DNA from: an uncultured delta proteobacterium
Lineage (GTDB): Bacteria > Desulfobacterota > Binatia > HRBIN30 > BPIQ01
NCBI GenBank assembly: GCA_963761335.1
Contig: CAVXGR010000018.1
Location: 352,001-416,000, forward strand
Direction of reading: 5' to 3'
Length of the DNA: 64,000 nucleotides
Below, piece after piece: positions 24,884 through 33,827 of the stretch. The notes under the pieces are model-generated. The model was not told the DNA's origin. It saw nothing but the letters and a program-made list of their open reading frames with translations, and did no database searches. A program made the position numbers and the translations under genes. The first letter of the stretch is position 1. Every line of letters starts with the position of its first letter.

Positions 24884-27310
24884 ATGAGCGCTGCGACGAA
24901 TACGGTTAGAAACGGTACTGGAGCCCGAGCGCTTCTGCGATTCCTGCAGCGCGAAGGGCATTTGTCGGCGGCCGATGCCTTGCGCTTCGAGCAGATGGCC
25001 ATGCACGACGAGCTCTCGGCGCAGGAGGTTCTCGAGCGCGAGGGCGTGATTGTGGAGAAAGACCTGGCGTCGCTTCTGGCGCGCTCGCTGCGCCTGCCGC
25101 TTGTCGATCTGACCTCGATTGCTCCGGAACCACACGTGGTGCGGGCCGTGAAGGAGAGTATCGCCTCGACCTACGGAGTGGTGCCGTTGCGGCTCGATGA
25201 CGGCCTGATTGAGGTGGCCACGGCAAACCCCCTCGACCTGGAAGCGCTGAAGGCGGTGGAGTTTGCCACCGGCCGTCGGGCGCAGGCGTCAGTCGCCACG
25301 CGCAGCGACATTCGCGATGCCCTGGCGCACATGTACCGTTTCGAGGAGTCGCTCGAGCAGTTCCTGCAGAACGTCCCTCCGGGCGAGTCGCTGACGCTCA
25401 CCGAGCTGCGCGACGAGCCCACCGATCTGCGCAAGATGGCCCGCGATGCCGAGCTGCCGCCGGTCGTCAAGCTCGCCGATCTGATACTGATCGATGGGAT
25501 CAAGGGGGGTGCCAGCGATGTCCACATCGAGCCCAGCTCGGACGGAATCGCGGTCCGCTTCCGCATCGACGGCATTCTCGAAGAGTCCTTCCGCTTTCCG
25601 AAATGGGTGCAGAATCCGCTGACGTCGCGGTTCAAGGTGATGGCCAAGCTCGACATCACCGAGCGCCGCGTGCCTCAGGATGGGCGCATCCAGGTGCGCT
25701 ATCGCGAGGGCCTGATCGACCTGCGCGTCTCCAGCATGCCGACGCACCACGGCGAGAAGATCACCCTGCGGATTCTCGATGCCAGCAGCAACCTCCGCAG
25801 CCTGCTGAATCTCGGCCTGAACACCGGTGACGTGCAGCGCGTGCGCGACGCCATTGGGCGACCGGATGGCATGATCCTCTCGACCGGGCCGACCGGAAGC
25901 GGCAAGACCACCACCCTCTACGCGCTGATTCGGGAAGTCTACTCCCCGTCGGTGAACATCGTCACCATCGAGAACCCCATCGAGTACCACATCACCGGCA
26001 TCAACCAGGTGGAGGTCGACGAGAAACAGGGACGCTCGTTTTCGGGCATCCTCCGCTCGACGCTGCGGCAGGACCCGGACGTCATCCTCATCGGCGAAAT
26101 CCGCGACGCCGAGACGGCGAAGATCGCCGCCCAGGCGGCGCAGACCGGGCATCTGGTTCTGAGCACGCTGCACACCAACGACGCCGCTTCCACGATTACC
26201 AGGCTCCTCGATCTGGGGGTCGATCCCTTCGTCATCGCCTCGTCGTTGAGCCTGATCATCGCCCAGCGACTCGTGCGGCGCGTTTGCCCCGCCTGCAGCG
26301 CTCCGTACGAGCCCGCCGATGAGAGCCGCAGGCTGCTGCGACTCGCGGACTACCGCAAAGAGTATCGCCGCGGGCTCGGCTGCCCGCAGTGCCGCCAGAG
26401 TGGCTATCGAGGCCGCGTCGGCGTCTTCGAGGTGCTTCCGATCACGCCGGCGCTGGCGCAGCTGATCGAGAGCGGCGCGGCGCAGAGCGCCATCCGGCAG
26501 CAGGCGCGCAGCGAGGGATTCAGCACCCTGCTCGAGGACTCGGTCACCAAGCTGAAGAGTGGGGCGACCACCGCCGAAGAGGTGCTGCGCGTCGTGCAGG
26601 TTGCCGAGATGCTGCCGACCTGCCCGTCGTGTGGTGGCGAGATCGACGAAAGCTTCTCCGTCTGCCCCCACTGCCGCGCCGTGCTGCGCCCCAACTGCGC
26701 CAGCTGCGGCAAGATGCTGAGCAGCGCCTGGGTGACGTGCCCGTACTGCGGCGGCAAGAGCAACGGGGAACCAGCCGCCGTCGAAGCGGCGGCCGCCGCA
26801 GTATCGCCGCCGGCGTTGAAGGAGATGCCGGCGCCGGAGCCGGCCCGCAGCTTGAAGGCGCTCGTCGTCGACGATGACCCCGACCTCCGGCGCATCGTCC
26901 GCCTGACGCTCGAGGGGGCGAAGCTCGGCCTCACGGTGATGACGGCGCAGGACGGGGTCGAGGCGCTGGAGCTTGCCGACATCGAGCGCCCCGACATCGT
27001 CGTTCTCGACCTGTCGATGCCGGTGATGGACGGCTTCGAGGTGTGTCGCCGGCTGCGCGCCGACATGCGGACGGCCTTCGTGCCCATTCTCATGCTCACC
27101 GCGAAGGACGGCTCACAAGATGTCACCAAGGGATTCCAGGTGGGTACCGACGACTACCTCGTCAAGCCTGTGCGCCGGGAGGAGTTGATCGCGCGCATCC
27201 GCCGGATGCTGGAACGCACCTATGGCTCCGATACTGTCGAGCGCTCCGCCACCATGGCTGCCACCATGGCTGCCGCGGCGGAGGTACGTTCCTCGGGGAC
27301 CGATGGATGA
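24884..27310 (+). CDS. PilB/GspE-family secretion ATPase fused to a double zinc ribbon and a C-terminal response-regulator receiver domain
   Basis: GPTGSGKTT, RQDPDVILIGE, TGHLVLSTLHTND, CPAC/CPQC; then CPSC-CPHC-CASC-CPYC; then REC (VVDDD...VLDLSMPVMDG...MLTA...YLVKP). GAGGAG RBS. Confidence 0.88.
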   Translation: MSAATNTVRNGTGARALLRFLQREGHLSAADALRFEQMAMHDELSAQEVLEREGVIVEKDLASLLARSLRLPLVDLTSIAPEPHVVRAVKESIASTYGVVPLRLDDGLIEVATANPLDLEALKAVEFATGRRAQASVATRSDIRDALAHMYRFEESLEQFLQNVPPGESLTLTELRDEPTDLRKMARDAELPPVVKLADLILIDGIKGGASDVHIEPSSDGIAVRFRIDGILEESFRFPKWVQNPLTSRFKVMAKLDITERRVPQDGRIQVRYREGLIDLRVSSMPTHHGEKITLRILDASSNLRSLLNLGLNTGDVQRVRDAIGRPDGMILSTGPTGSGKTTTLYALIREVYSPSVNIVTIENPIEYHITGINQVEVDEKQGRSFSGILRSTLRQDPDVILIGEIRDAETAKIAAQAAQTGHLVLSTLHTNDAASTITRLLDLGVDPFVIASSLSLIIAQRLVRRVCPACSAPYEPADESRRLLRLADYRKEYRRGLGCPQCRQSGYRGRVGVFEVLPITPALAQLIESGAAQSAIRQQARSEGFSTLLEDSVTKLKSGATTAEEVLRVVQVAEMLPTCPSCGGEIDESFSVCPHCRAVLRPNCASCGKMLSSAWVTCPYCGGKSNGEPAAVEAAAAAVSPPALKEMPAPEPARSLKALVVDDDPDLRRIVRLTLEGAKLGLTVMTAQDGVEALELADIERPDIVVLDLSMPVMDGFEVCRRLRADMRTAFVPILMLTAKDGSQDVTKGFQVGTDDYLVKPVRREELIARIRRMLERTYGSDTVERSATMAATMAAAAEVRSSGTDG

Positions 27311-27322
27311 CCGCGAGTTGAA

Positions 27323-28117
27323 ATGATCGGAGAGTCCGAAGCTACCGGCGAGCTCGGCCGCTACGAGGCGCAGCGGCGCGCCCTGGGAAATCTGCTCGGT
27401 CGGTTCACCGCCGACCGCGACGCCTTGATTGCCTCGATCCAGGCGTGTGAGGAGCAGATCGCCAGCCTCAATGCGCGCCTCGATTCTGGCGCCGGTGAGG
27501 TGCGGGCGACGGCTGATCCATCGGCCGCGACAAAGACCGTCGATCTCGACGCCGTGCGACAGATGCTCGACGAGCTGCGGGCCGAGCAGCGCCGCTCGGC
27601 TCTGCAGCAGCGCGAGGAGATCGACAAGACCAGGCAGCGCGCTGATGAGGCGATGGACGCTGTCGAGGCGCTGACGGAGCCGGCGGCCGCTGACCAGACC
27701 GCCGTCGACGAGATGCGCGGCGAGCTCGAGCGAATGTCGCATCGCTTGCAGCAGCTGGAGAATGCCCTCGAGCGACAGCTCGGCTCGCTGCAGCAGACCG
27801 TCGATGCGGCACAGGCCGGCTCGATTGCTCGGCTACAGGAGCAGCTGACGCCGCTGCAGGCGGAGATCTCCGCCGTGCAGTCGGATCTGGCACGCCTCTC
27901 GGAGAGTGCGACCAACGAGCCGCGACTCCGTGGCCGCGCCATCGCCGAGGGCCTCAAAGAACTACAGGCGGCGACCCTGGACGATCTTCGCGCTCAGGTC
28001 GAGGCGCTCCGGGGTGCAGCGGCCGCCGGGCCGGTCATTCGGCAGGTGTGGAATGCGCTTCTCCTGTGCGGCCTGGCGAGTGCCGTCGGCATCGCCGTTC
28101 TCTCCTCGATTCACTGA
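27323..28117 (+). CDS. Coiled-coil protein with a C-terminal membrane anchor
   Basis: E/Q/L/A-rich heptads; terminal hydrophobic ALLLCGLASAVGIAVLSS; 12 nt after the ATPase gene. Confidence 0.6.
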   Translation: MIGESEATGELGRYEAQRRALGNLLGRFTADRDALIASIQACEEQIASLNARLDSGAGEVRATADPSAATKTVDLDAVRQMLDELRAEQRRSALQQREEIDKTRQRADEAMDAVEALTEPAAADQTAVDEMRGELERMSHRLQQLENALERQLGSLQQTVDAAQAGSIARLQEQLTPLQAEISAVQSDLARLSESATNEPRLRGRAIAEGLKELQAATLDDLRAQVEALRGAAAAGPVIRQVWNALLLCGLASAVGIAVLSSIH

Positions 28118-28125
28118 GCGGCCGC

Positions 28126-28542
28126 TCAGCGGGAGCGCCGCTGGCTCGGCGCGGGATCGTGGTGCGCCCGCTCGAGGATGACGTATCCCGGCAAGTTCGC
28201 GGCCCGCAGGGCGTCGCGAACGATCACCGGCAGGTGCGGGTAGGCCGTCTTGCCGTCGACGATGCGCGGCTTGCGCAGCGGGTAGGTCCGACCCATCTGC
28301 ACGACTTCGCAGCCGCCGGCCTTGACGATGTTGCGCGCCCAGTCGACGTCGCGTCCGTAGGTCATGGGAATCACGAAGCGAGTCGCGGTGTGGAAGGCCA
28401 CCACCGGGCTGTTGTAGCGCCGGCCGCTCTTGCGGCCGACATGGTGCACCACCGCCAGGGGTGGAACCAACCAGGCCACGGTCCCCATGACGGGGTTGGT
28501 GAAGACGCGGTTGACGCTCCGCATGAAGCGCGGCAAGTGCAT
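28126..28542 (-). CDS. Deazaflavin (F420)-dependent nitroreductase family protein
   Basis: HVGRKSGRRYNSPV and YG.DVDWARNI motifs typical of the DDN family. Confidence 0.8.
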   Translation of the reverse strand: MHLPRFMRSVNRVFTNPVMGTVAWLVPPLAVVHHVGRKSGRRYNSPVVAFHTATRFVIPMTYGRDVDWARNIVKAGGCEVVQMGRTYPLRKPRIVDGKTAYPHLPVIVRDALRAANLPGYVILERAHHDPAPSQRRSR

Positions 28543-28575
28543 CGCGACGGAGCATAGCGCCGCGGATGTCGCGAA

Positions 28576-29172
28576 TCAACGCGGCGCGCCGGAGGTGGTC
28601 GGGAGCTTCCAGCGCCGCAACTGAAACTTGGCGCGATCGTGCAGAAAGATCTGCGGCTGACGCATGACGCCTGCCGCCGTCGCCGCCCAGTTGCGGGGGA
28701 GGTGGGACACCATGGCGTCGTCGACGATCAGCAGCTCGGCGTCGCGGCAGCCGTGCGCCAAGGCGCTCGGGTGTCCCTCGAACACCCATACGCTGTGTCC
28801 GATGTAGGCGAAGGCGAGGAGCAGGCTGGCGAAGGGAATTGCGCGGTCGACATCGGTGCGCAGCGCCTGCAGATCGGTGTTGGCGATGGCGGCGATCCGA
28901 CGCTGCGGCTGCGACGGGACGATCTTCTCGATCTCCTCCACCTGCTCCGGCGGCATCGACCCGGGAGTGCGGCAGGGCTGCATCATCAGCGTGCGGCTCG
29001 GAGTCACGATCACCAGCTCGCGGCTGCCGTCCGCCGAGCTGCGCGCTGCCGCGGTCCGTGCCCGCGCGAACAGCGACGCCGGATCGACCGCAGCGTCGAT
29101 CTCGGGCATGTGCGGCTCGAACGGATCGGGTCGACTCGGGCCACCGAGGCGGCTACGCAGCTTCTCGAACAT
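28576..29172 (-). CDS. Hypothetical protein
   Basis: Coding-like ORF (AIPF..LLL.FAYIGHSVWVFEGH); start uncertain (29172 or 29235). Confidence 0.55.
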   Translation of the reverse strand: MFEKLRSRLGGPSRPDPFEPHMPEIDAAVDPASLFARARTAAARSSADGSRELVIVTPSRTLMMQPCRTPGSMPPEQVEEIEKIVPSQPQRRIAAIANTDLQALRTDVDRAIPFASLLLAFAYIGHSVWVFEGHPSALAHGCRDAELLIVDDAMVSHLPRNWAATAAGVMRQPQIFLHDRAKFQLRRWKLPTTSGAPR

Positions 29173-29320
29173 TTCGGGTGTTCTACGCGATCCGGCGCTG
29201 TGGCGCCAGACGGCGAGACGGAAGGGATCGCCCATCCGAATGGTTCAAATGCCGAATATCATCTGCTATAGGACGCAGACGACACGCCAACAGAGGGCCG
29301 TTGGGGTGGAGGAGGTTGGA

Positions 29321-29692
29321 ATGGCGCAGTTTCGAGTGAGGCGGGTGGTGGTGATAGGGGCGTTGGCGGTTGCCGCTGCTCTCGTCCCGTGCCGGACAGT
29401 TGTCGCTCAGGCAGAGCCGCGATACGAGCGACCCGTCAACGCCGACCAAGGCGATGAAGAGGGCGGGCGCGCCATCGTCTGGGTCGGCACCGTGGCCACG
29501 AACTTGTTTTATATCCCGGCCAAGGTCGTCTGGGCGGGTCTCGGCGGTCTCATCGGCAGCTTCGCCTGGGCGATCACCGGGTTCGACGCGGGCGCCGCCA
29601 AGAGCGTCTGGGGTCCCACGACAGGTGGCAACTATCTGGTCACGCCGGCAATGCTGGAAGGGAAGGAAGAAGTACATTTCTTCGGGCAGTGA
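29321..29692 (+). CDS. Small exported/membrane hypothetical protein
   Basis: GGAGG RBS, signal-peptide-like N-terminus, Gly-rich hydrophobic C-terminal half (NLFYIPAKVVWAGLGG). Confidence 0.65.
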   Translation: MAQFRVRRVVVIGALAVAAALVPCRTVVAQAEPRYERPVNADQGDEEGGRAIVWVGTVATNLFYIPAKVVWAGLGGLIGSFAWAITGFDAGAAKSVWGPTTGGNYLVTPAMLEGKEEVHFFGQ

Positions 29693-29710
29693 CCCGCTCG
29701 CCGGGTCGTG

Positions 29711-29739
29711 TTGCCCGCCCGCAGCCTTTCCGCTACAGT
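29711..29739 (+). promoter_or_regulatory. sigma-70-type promoter of tRNA-Ala
   Basis: TTGCCC-N17-TACAGT, 20 nt upstream of the tRNA. Confidence 0.55.
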
Positions 29740-29759
29740 CGGCGACCGTTGGCCAGAAT

Positions 29760-29832
29760 GGGGCTGTAGCTCAGTTGGGAGAGCGCCTGAATGGCATTCA
29801 GGAGGTCGACGGTTCGACTCCGTTCAGCTCCA
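29760..29832 (+). tRNA. tRNA-Ala (anticodon GGC); 3' CCA not encoded
   Basis: Acceptor GGGGCTG/CAGCTCC with G3:U70; D arm GCTC/GAGC; anticodon arm CCTGA-ATGGCAT-TCAGG; T loop TTCGACT; discriminator A followed by CTC. Confidence 0.97.
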
Positions 29833-29846
29833 CTCCTCGGAAGGCC

Positions 29847-32531
29847 ATTGCGTCTGACCGGCGCGCCGCTCGCAAGCGGCGCGCCGCGTCCGCTCTGCTC
29901 GCAGTAGCCGTCTCCCTTCTCACCGCGGCCCACGCTACCGCCGGCGGGCCGCGCGCCCACTACCGCATTCGCGCCGAGCTCGGCGAGGCGGCGCCGCAAA
30001 TCGACGGTACCGTCGAGATCGACTTCACCAACGGCACGCAGCGGGTGCTCGAAGAATGCCTGCTGTTCCTCTTTCCCAATCGCTTTGCCGCGCCGGGCCC
30101 TGGAATCAACGACTTCAACCGGCCGTACGTCTATCCGCATCAAGATTTCGATCCCGGCTGGATGCGCATTTCCGCTGCCTGGGATGCGGGGCGACCGGTG
30201 TCGGTGCAGCCGATGTCGGTGGAGAATGGGCCGTCGGGCACGGCGGTGCGGGTGCCGATTGCGCCCCTGGCCCCGGGAGAATCGCGGACCCTGCGCCTCG
30301 CCTTTCGCACGCGGCTGCCGTTCCGCTTCGGTCCGTTCGGAAGCTTCGATCAGCAGCTGACCGCGGTCGGCGGCTGGTACCCGTATCTGGCCGCGGTGGA
30401 CGCCAGCGGACGCTGGCGCACGGACTGGCCGCCGCCTCTCGCCGACTTCGACGTCGAGGTGTCGCCGCGCGTGCCGCTGGAGATGGTGCTCAACGGCCGC
30501 CCGTTCCCGGCCTCGGGCGCCGCCCGTGTGCAGCTGCGTCGGATTCACTACGTGAGCCTGGTGGCGGCGCCGCAACTGCTGCGCCGCGACACGCAGGCTG
30601 CGGGGCAGGACATCGTCTTTGTGCGCCGTCCGCCGTACTCGCTGGCGCGGGCTCACCGCATCACGCCGGAGCCACCACTACCCGAGATCGTGCTCGAGAC
30701 GCTGCAGCGCATCATCGACCACCGCCCAGCGCAGGTGCCGGCGCCGCGCCATCCTTTGCCCGTGATCCAGGCGCCGCTGCGGCTCGAGCTCACGGCGCCG
30801 GGGGAGGGGGCGGTGATCGTCTCCGACCGGGCCCTGGAGGTCTTTCCGATCCTGCGGCCGTTTCACGAGCTGCAGCTGGCCCAGAGCGTCTATGCCGAGC
30901 TGCTGCGCCCGCAGCTGGCGCGCCGCGAGCCGGCGGCGGACTACTGGTGGGTGAGCGAGGGGCTCTCTCGGGTCCTCGCGGATCGCTACATGGAAGACGT
31001 GCATCCGCGCGTCCGCAGCACGCAGGACTGGATCGAGCTGTTCAACATCTTCTCCATCGTCGATCGCTTCGAGAGCGAGCCCAAGATTCCGTTCGTTGGC
31101 GCCTTCTTCGAACGGGCGCGCGAGGCCGATCCACTGCACGCGCAGATCGCCTCGTTCAACTCCGACCTGCCCCCCGGCCGCGTCATCCTCGGCAAGCTCC
31201 GCCAGGAGGTCGGCGACCAGACCTTTGCCGAGATCGTCGATCGCTGCAGCCGCGGCGTGCTGCCGTTTCGGCGTTGCGCGGCGGCGGTCGCCGGCCGCGA
31301 TCTCGACCCCGTTCTCGATCAGTGGCTGGCGCCCTATCCGCAGATCGACTATCGCTTCGGCCCGCTCGACCTGAACCAGCCTGAGGACGGTCGGTACCGC
31401 AGCACGGTTACCGTGCGTCGCCAGGCGTCGCGAGCCGTCTTCGAGCCGGTGACCATCGGCCTGCGCAGCATCGGCGGCCGCGAGGTCGACGTGCGCTGGT
31501 CGGGGCGCGGGGAGGTCGGGCAGGTCTCTGCACAGACGCCGTGGCACGTGTGTCAGGTAGTGATCGATCCCCACCGGCGCCTAGTCGAGGACGACCGCAG
31601 CGACAATGCCTACCCGCTGCGCCCGCAGGTGGTGCTGGATACCGCCGAGGTCGAGATCAGCTCCACCGAGTTCGGTTTCTCCGGCCTGCTCGTCGGCCGC
31701 AACCGCTATGACTATCGCAAGGATCTGGCGGCGGCCGGTTTCTATACGAACCGCAGCATCGGTTTCACCGCTGGCGGCCGGCTCCATTGGGGTGAGCCGA
31801 TTGACACAACGCTCTATCCCCACAACCTGTACCTGTTCTACGGCTTTCAGGCGCTGAACGGCGATTTCGGCGTCACGACGCGCAACCCGGTTCGCACCCC
31901 TGGAAATCTGGCCGCGCTCGGCTTTCGCTACGACTACAGCAACGTTTTCTTCTTCGACAACCCGACCCACGAGCGCAGTCTGCGCCTGTATGGCGACTGG
32001 TATGACGGCGCTTTCGGCAGCGACTACGACTATGTCGACTGGGGGGTGAGCTCGGTGCTGACGCAGGCGCTGTGGAGCTACAGCAGCGTGGCCGCGTTCC
32101 AGGTGCTGAACGGCTTCAGCGAGCCGCTGAACGGCAGTCGGGTCGCGAACCAGGGGCTCTACAGTCTCGGCGGCTCGCGCTCCATCCGCGGCATCGGCGC
32201 CGAGGAGCAGCTCGGTCGCAACATCCTGATGGTGCGCGCCGAGCTCCGCCAGCAGATCTACCCGGAGCTGGATCTGAATCTGCTCGACCTTCTCGTCCTG
32301 CGGCGACCGCAGCTGCGCCTGTTCATCGACAGCGGCCGCGTTGAGAACTCCGCCGGTCGGGTCTACGACGTCGGTGGCTTCGCCGTCGGCGGCGGCGTCG
32401 GGCTGGGTGCGGTGTACGAGTTCATGGGATTCTTCCCGGCACTCGCCTACGTCGAGCTGGCGACGCGCCTGGACGGTGGCACGGACCAGGGTACGGTACA
32501 GTTTCTCTTTGGCTCGCGCCAGCCGTTCTGA
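29847..32531 (+). CDS. Exported M1-aminopeptidase-like domain (degenerate zinc motif) fused to an Omp85/TamA-like beta-barrel; start uncertain
   Basis: Signal peptide ending AAHATA; M1-like N-domain (YRIRAEL...GTVEIDFTN, GWYP); HELQLA...WWVSEGL in place of HExxH(x18)E; C-terminal LGGSRSIRG loop motif, LFIDSG, terminal Phe. Confidence 0.65.
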   Translation: MASDRRAARKRRAASALLAVAVSLLTAAHATAGGPRAHYRIRAELGEAAPQIDGTVEIDFTNGTQRVLEECLLFLFPNRFAAPGPGINDFNRPYVYPHQDFDPGWMRISAAWDAGRPVSVQPMSVENGPSGTAVRVPIAPLAPGESRTLRLAFRTRLPFRFGPFGSFDQQLTAVGGWYPYLAAVDASGRWRTDWPPPLADFDVEVSPRVPLEMVLNGRPFPASGAARVQLRRIHYVSLVAAPQLLRRDTQAAGQDIVFVRRPPYSLARAHRITPEPPLPEIVLETLQRIIDHRPAQVPAPRHPLPVIQAPLRLELTAPGEGAVIVSDRALEVFPILRPFHELQLAQSVYAELLRPQLARREPAADYWWVSEGLSRVLADRYMEDVHPRVRSTQDWIELFNIFSIVDRFESEPKIPFVGAFFERAREADPLHAQIASFNSDLPPGRVILGKLRQEVGDQTFAEIVDRCSRGVLPFRRCAAAVAGRDLDPVLDQWLAPYPQIDYRFGPLDLNQPEDGRYRSTVTVRRQASRAVFEPVTIGLRSIGGREVDVRWSGRGEVGQVSAQTPWHVCQVVIDPHRRLVEDDRSDNAYPLRPQVVLDTAEVEISSTEFGFSGLLVGRNRYDYRKDLAAAGFYTNRSIGFTAGGRLHWGEPIDTTLYPHNLYLFYGFQALNGDFGVTTRNPVRTPGNLAALGFRYDYSNVFFFDNPTHERSLRLYGDWYDGAFGSDYDYVDWGVSSVLTQALWSYSSVAAFQVLNGFSEPLNGSRVANQGLYSLGGSRSIRGIGAEEQLGRNILMVRAELRQQIYPELDLNLLDLLVLRRPQLRLFIDSGRVENSAGRVYDVGGFAVGGGVGLGAVYEFMGFFPALAYVELATRLDGGTDQGTVQFLFGSRQPF

Positions 32532-32553
32532 GGCGCCGGAGCCTCCGGGGCAG

Positions 32554-32815
32554 GGTGGTGTCTAAGTGACGCTTGCGATTATTTCCGCGCCCGCTGCGCC
32601 GAGTTCCCTCTCCCCGCATTTCCGCGGGGAGAGGAATGAGGAGAGGGGCCCCTTTTCACTGGAGGCTCGCAGATCTTCGCGGCCTTCAAAGAGATCGGTA
32701 CCCTCGCCCCGGCCCTCCCGCAGGCAATGCGGGAGAGGGAGCCCGCGCCCGCGGCGACCAGACTGACCACAATCCTGCGTGTCAATATCCGGCATCGGGG
32801 AACTTAGACACTACT
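32554..32815. mobile_element. Non-autonomous MITE (262 bp) with terminal inverted repeats and an 8-bp target-site duplication
   Basis: TIRs GTGGTGTCTAAGT (32555-32567) and ACTTAGACACTAC (32802-32814), 12/13 complementary; CGGGGCAG duplicated at 32546-32553 and 32816-32823; no transposase inside. Confidence 0.75.
32606..32740. repeat. Inverted pair of REP-like GC hairpins inside the MITE
   Basis: CCTCTCCCCGC-atttcc-GCGGGGAGAGG...GAGAGGGG and CCCTCGCCCCGGCCCTCCCGCA-ggcaa-TGCGGGAGAGGG: two copies of a CCCTC-N-CCCTCTCCC..GGGAGAGGG unit in opposite orientation. Confidence 0.65.
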
Positions 32816-32901
32816 CGGGGCAGCGAGCACGGGGCAGCGAGCCTCTTGCCGCACCCGGGACGGAACGGCTAAGTACTCCGGGTGACTGGGAGGAACCCCG
32901 A

Positions 32902-33189
32902 TTGGATCGCGACGAGTTGAAGCACAAGCTGAAAGCCCTGCTGGTCGAGGGACTGAAGCTCGAGAACACGCGGCCGGAAGACATTCAGGACGCCGAGCCG
33001 ATCTTCGTCGAGGGGTTGGGGCTGGACTCCATCGACGCTCTCGAGCTGGTGGTGCTCGTCGAGGAGAACTTCCAGGTGAACATCCCCGACGAGGAGGTCG
33101 GCAAAACCGCTTTTTCCTCCATCGACGCGCTGGCGGACTTCGTTCTCTCCAGCCAGAGCGGCGCTGCGGCTCCGGCCTCCCGCGCCTAG
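32902..33189 (+). CDS. Acyl carrier protein (aryl-polyene-cluster type)
   Basis: GLGLDSIDALEL phosphopantetheine site; TTG start with GGAGG RBS. Confidence 0.9.
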   Translation: MDRDELKHKLKALLVEGLKLENTRPEDIQDAEPIFVEGLGLDSIDALELVVLVEENFQVNIPDEEVGKTAFSSIDALADFVLSSQSGAAAPASRA

Positions 33190-33206
33190 CCTCCCTCTGC
33201 TGGGCC

Positions 33207-33827
33207 GTGGCGCTGCTCTGCCGCGCCCTTCCGGGAGCCGCTGCCGGCGCCGACCTCTGCGTGTCCAGCGCCGACTGCCTGCAGCGGCTGCGAGAGGCAC
33301 AATCGCAGACGCGCACGCTCGCCGCGGATTTCGTGCAGACCAAGCATCTGAGCCTCTTGGCCCAGCCGTTGACCTCGAGCGGACACTTCACCTTCAAGGC
33401 ACCCGACCGGATTCGCTGGCAGGTGGAGAAGCCGCAGCCGCTCACGATTCTGATCAATGGTCGCGACGTCGACATTCCCGGGCTCTCGACCAGCGATCGC
33501 GACGCCTTGGCGCAGGCGCCGTTGGCCAGCCTGTTCACCGAGCTCGGTGCGGTGTTCACCGGCTCGCTCGACCGGCTGCAGGAGAGCTTTGCGGTGGACG
33601 CCGGCGCACACCAGGCAGATATCTGGCTGAAGCTGGCGCCGCGTCAGGACTCGTGGAAGCGGCTGTTTCGGCGCATCGACATCGAGTTCGCCGCGCCCGC
33701 ATTCCTCCCACAGCGCATGCGGCTGGAGAACGCCTTCGGTGATCGCATCGACATCGAGTGGACGAACGTGCGGCGCAACCTCGAGGTCCCCGACTCGGCG
33801 TTTCGCCGCGGCGCCGGAGGTGGATGA
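33207..33827 (+). CDS. LolA-like outer-membrane lipoprotein carrier
   Basis: ADFVQTKHLSLL..P..SSG.F.FKAPD.IRW.VEKP. Confidence 0.8.
   Translation: MALLCRALPGAAAGADLCVSSADCLQRLREAQSQTRTLAADFVQTKHLSLLAQPLTSSGHFTFKAPDRIRWQVEKPQPLTILINGRDVDIPGLSTSDRDALAQAPLASLFTELGAVFTGSLDRLQESFAVDAGAHQADIWLKLAPRQDSWKRLFRRIDIEFAAPAFLPQRMRLENAFGDRIDIEWTNVRRNLEVPDSAFRRGAGGG

Noticed and set aside
29370..29846. N-terminal extension of the 1053-aa ORF
   Set aside because: It overlaps the 29321-29692 gene and a complete tRNA; the signal peptide lies after the tRNA.
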